From Callorhinchus milii (lineage: Eukaryota): DNA of 64,000 nucleotides. The translations under genes were made by a program, and so were the position numbers. The DNA is taken from NCBI RefSeq assembly GCF_018977255.1, contig NW_024704752.1, positions 8,432,001 through 8,496,000 on the forward strand, given 5' to 3'. This document shows positions 60,001 to 64,000 of this stretch, piece after piece; positions within the stretch are counted from its first letter, which is position 1; every line of letters starts with the position of its first letter. Under the pieces are notes generated by a model that worked only from the letters and a program-made list of their open reading frames with translations, had not been told where the DNA came from and did not search any database.

Positions 60001-63000
60001 ACTACGACAATTTATCATTCTGGATGAGTGCATTTAAAGACATCCAACCAGGCTCCGAGGTGTGTTACCTACTCAAACAGATGAGAAAGTCTAGAATTCC
60101 CCAGTCTGTTCCGTTAGCTGACGTCAGCTGAAGTAGTAGTGAACGTGTCGAGAGCACAACTGACCTCGCTATCCGTGGCTAGAGAGGGAAAAAACAAGCA
60201 GGGTGCCTAATTTTGTTAAACTTTTAGTCCAATACATTACTGCCAATAATACTATTGAAATAGTCAAGTGTAGGGTATCTTCTTCAAAGATGTGGCAATC
60301 GTAAACTGGTGTTCGACTTCGGCTTTCTGCGTAGTAGCAGCCTTCTGCCACAAGAGGCTGCCCTTTAAGAAATTTCAACATTAGAGCTTTGTCTAATAGT
60401 AAACCACAGGTATTGCAAGCATTTAATCTCCGTGAATGCTCTTGATCAAAAGATGTGTTTCCTCCTCTCTTCTTCCTTCTCCCCAATTGGGAAATGGTAG
60501 GAGAGACTCAAAGAGAAGAAAAATTATTACAAAACGCATATTATTAAAAGCTTATTCAGTAACTTGTTTTATTTTTCTATTAAATGCAGAATAAGGACAA
60601 GAGCATCTTAATCACAGGATGTGACTCTGGATTTGGGTTCGCGATAGCCAAGCACATGCATGAACAAGGGTTTAGGGTATTTGCAGGATGTCTGCTGAAG
60701 GTAAGGGTATTCTCTTTTGACAAGTACTATTTAATGTATGGTCCAAGGTCAGAGTGTCACAAGAGAGGAATATATTAGCAGCAAAGGCTTGTGAAGAGGT
60801 TCATAAAAGTCTGAGCATTATAATGTTCATTGTTATCAAGTAACATGGGAAGCATTTGCCGAGATTTGGAAAATTATTAGAGAATTCAAGCTCCCCTGTT
60901 GGTCTGGTGGGTAAAGGGACGCCAGTACTGAACCATCTGGATTGGAAAGGCCTAGGTTCTTTACTTGGTCTGTGCTGATCTCTGACTGCATTTGTTTATT
61001 TTACTTAAATCAAGATAGGTGACAGCAAAATCTAGCAAAGTGTTGCTGGCCCCTCTCACTGCGAACCAGCCTCACCTGCAGAGGTTTCAGTTGGGAAGTT
61101 CTTGTATCAGAATTCTACTTATTTGGCAGACCTGAACCTTTTATAGACTCTGCTCTGATGCTGACTTTATTTCCAGGATAAAGGTGGAGAAGGAACAAAG
61201 AACCTAGAGGGCATGGGAAGTGACCGGATGACTGTCGTCCAGTTAGATGTCTGCAAAGATGAGGAGGTAGCACAAGCGGTGGAGTTTGTGGGAGAACATT
61301 TAAAGGATCGAGAGAAAGGTCAGTGGACCATAGAGCCAAGTCATACAGTTTATTCGGGTTTCCTAGGAAAATGCTACCTGCAGACATTTTTTAAAAGCTT
61401 GACAATTTTGCAAGTCCTTTCACTTTTTAAACAATGTTTCTTCTTAGTATTTCCACCCAGGGCTGGTTTTCAACAATATCCTCCTTCCTTAAGACAAGAG
61501 GCAATGATGTTCCCTGTAACGCCCAGTTATAGATACCAAATGGTCATCTTTCCAGCATAACCACTGGCATTCATTGTCACATGCCCGATTGACCTCATTC
61601 TATACTTATCCAATGTCCATCATGCTCTCTCCGAGTAGTAATCACTGCATAGCATTGAGGAGTGGGAAGCCAGCCAAACTTTCCTCTCCCTAGTCAGGTT
61701 TGCTAAGGCCGACTGTACAGCCCCAAATGAAATCAGCTCAGCACAGATCAAATGTCCAATCTAGATCTTAGTATATCTTAGTTTTACACTATGGAATGGC
61801 TTTTATCATCAGCTGGTAAGGCATTACATGGGGACATTTTAACCTGGTATTTTGAATATTTCTTCAGAATTATGCTTCACGATAAAGGCCATTTGGCTCA
61901 ATGAGTCTGTGTTGGAGATTCTCTTCACATAATCCAATCTAATCTCACTTCCTATTTGACCGAACATTTTGAAAGACTAATTCCTTTTTCTTTATCAGGT
62001 CTTTGGGGAATAATCAACAATGCTGGCATCTCAACCTTTGGGGAGGTGGAGTTCACCACCTTAAAAACGTACAAAGATGTTGCAGAAGTGAACCTGTGGG
62101 GAACCATCCGTGTGACCAAGGGATTCCTGCCATATGTCCGCAGAGCAAAGGGTCAGTGAAAAGTTTCTTAACTACTGTATGTGTTGGAGAATCGTTGATG
62201 TTGTTGAAGGATGTATAAACTAGGTATGACTGTATCCCACATTGAGGGAGTGTAACTTGCTCTGATAGTACAGATTGTGTTCTCCAATATGCCATTTTGC
62301 TCTCATTGCACTTTTCCTCAAGGGTGTTTGCTGGGCATGTTTAGAGAAGGGTTACCAAACAAGTTATTCATAATGGATCAATGGAAACAGGAGCAACAAG
62401 TTTCTAGCACTCAAATGCCATCTGTCATTTAAGAGTTTGGCATCATAAATTCATCAATTCATTTTATCCCAACGAGAGAATTTTTTATGATATGCAGCAT
62501 TGGAATGGAACTGGTGGGGGAAATAATTTGTGGTGAATAGATTAAAAGCATCACAAGATGCACAAATGGCCTAAGAACTGGAAAGTGTAAACTGAGAAAG
62601 GCCATTCACTCCTTTCACCAACAAACTAAATCTACCGTATTGTAGACTTCACCTACTCACTCTAACTCTTGAGTGAAAGATCAGAATAATTTACCCTGAA
62701 CCCCAAAGGTAAGATAATTTGCAACACAGTCACTACACTTTACAGTAAAATCTTATGTTGCGCTTTGAGTCATTTCGACATACGGCACTAATGCAAGGAT
62801 TATACACACAAGAAGAACACAATAGTTTCTGTTTCCATCGATCACTGTTGTACTCAGCTGAAGAATACATGATATGTGCTTGAAGGCAGGCATGATTGCT
62901 AACAATAGTACAGAGTTTTCACCTTTTTTTTTCCTTGTACAAAGGTCGTGTGGTGAACATCACAAGTATGTTGGGGCGGATGGCTAATCCTGCGCGCTCC

Positions 63001-63414
63001 CCCTACTGCGTCACCAAGTTTGGCGTGGAGGGCTTCTCGGACTGCTTACGTTATGAAATGCATCGCTGGGGTGTTAAAGTTAGCCTCGTTGAGCCTGGCA
63101 ATTTCATATCCGCAACCAGCCTATACAGTCCAGAGAGCATCAAAAAAATCGCAGACAAAATGTGGGATGAACTTCCGGACATTGTCCGTCAGGATTATGG
63201 GAAGGAGTACTTTGATGCACAAGTGGCAAAAATGAGATCATATTGTAACACTGATGTGTCTGATTTATCGCCTGTCATTAATAGTATCTCTCATGCACTG
63301 ACCGCTGAAACCCCATTCACCCGCTACCATCCTATGGATTACTACTGGTGGATCAGGATGCAGATCATGACCCATCTACCGGCTGCTATTTCTGACCGGA
63401 TATACATACACTGA
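55671..63414 (+). CDS. BDH1: D-beta-hydroxybutyrate dehydrogenase, mitochondrial; join(55671..55711,58634..58706,60590..60700,61177..61318,61999..62151,62945..63414), 329 aa
   Basis: Exons of 41/73/111/142/153/470 nt, total 990 nt, GT-AG and in frame. [44 protein letters not shown] and [18 protein letters not shown] closely match vertebrate BDH1. N-terminus [35 protein letters not shown] is Arg-rich and acid-free, like a mitochondrial presequence. The first two exons are less certain than the last four. Confidence 0.93.
55846..56229 (+). repeat. C-rich low-complexity tract, (CCCCACA / CCCCCTCCA)n
   Basis: Directly visible; source of spurious Pro/Gly ORFs. Confidence 0.95.
58061..58460 (+). 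mobile_element. Deu-domain (SacSINE1-like) SINE
   Basis: Head CAGCCTGGCTCAGTTGGTAG..CTCTGAGTCAGAAGGTTATGGGTTCAAGTCCC; related copy at 30553-30935 and partial copies at about 7110-7410, 14488-14740 and 46415-46720. Family name from memory. Confidence 0.65.
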
Positions 63415-64000
63415 AGTGCTAGAATACAATCTCTGATTTTTTTAAAAAAAGCTGTACCCTCTGATTTGATGAAAGTCTTCCCTCTCTGCTGGCTGATGTT
63501 TATGTAGTTTTAACCCAGATCACAAGATAGGTTTGGATTTAGAAGGCTCCTCTGCTCATTTCATCTCATCCTTCCAGAATAGCGAATCTACCATTTTCCC
63601 ATTCTAGCATCAATGCGTTTCTTAAATTAGTTCAATGGCTCTTAGTAATCCATTACTGCTAGCTGTTGGTTACTCTCTGTGAGGGCTCATAGTAAAACAA
63701 AACCTAACTCAGATTGGCCACAATATAAGTGTGAAAAACTGAAGCTGTTACACTGGTTCAATACATAATGCTATTTTGAGATGTGCCCCAGGGGGTGGGG
63801 TTGCATTTATCCACGTTATGCCTGATCGGAGAATGCTTGATGCTGACAAAGACTACCTGAAATGGGGAAATGTGTCAATTCCCAGCGCTGATATCCCTTG
63901 CTGTGATGAACACACAACTAAAAATTGAAGAGCACAGTTTTTTTTAATTAATCTAAAGAGATCATGGTAGTGATTGAAATACAACTTCAACTTGCATTTA

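Overview
Vertebrate genomic DNA: AT-rich, with spliced genes and three N gaps. The repeat content (tRNA-Ala SINE with L2-type (ATT)n tail, Deu-type SINEs, CR1, Penelope-type palindromes) points to a cartilaginous fish, possibly a chimaera; this is an inference. Five protein-coding genes can be assembled by hand with GT-AG junctions and consistent phases: two convergent apolipoprotein D-like lipocalins (+ 10645-16072; - 18781-25287), an LRG1-like secreted leucine-rich-repeat protein with one coding exon (+ 38133-39155), and two divergently transcribed BDH1-family dehydrogenases. These are a BDH1-like paralog with a hydrophobic N-terminus (- 43634-52062) and canonical mitochondrial BDH1 (+ 55671-63414). 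Main oddities: (i) the diverged ApoD paralogs share a near-identical inverted ~2.4 kb promoter/exon 1 block; (ii) the BDH1 paralog has transmembrane-like segments in place of the mitochondrial presequence and an altered active-site loop; (iii) SINE tails drift AT->GC towards a CpG island; (iv) opposite-strand G-rich and C-rich tracts bracket BDH1 exon 1; (v) a TSD-flanked palindromic Penelope-like insertion carries degenerate hammerhead motifs and CR1 pieces. All identifications are by eye; no searches were run.
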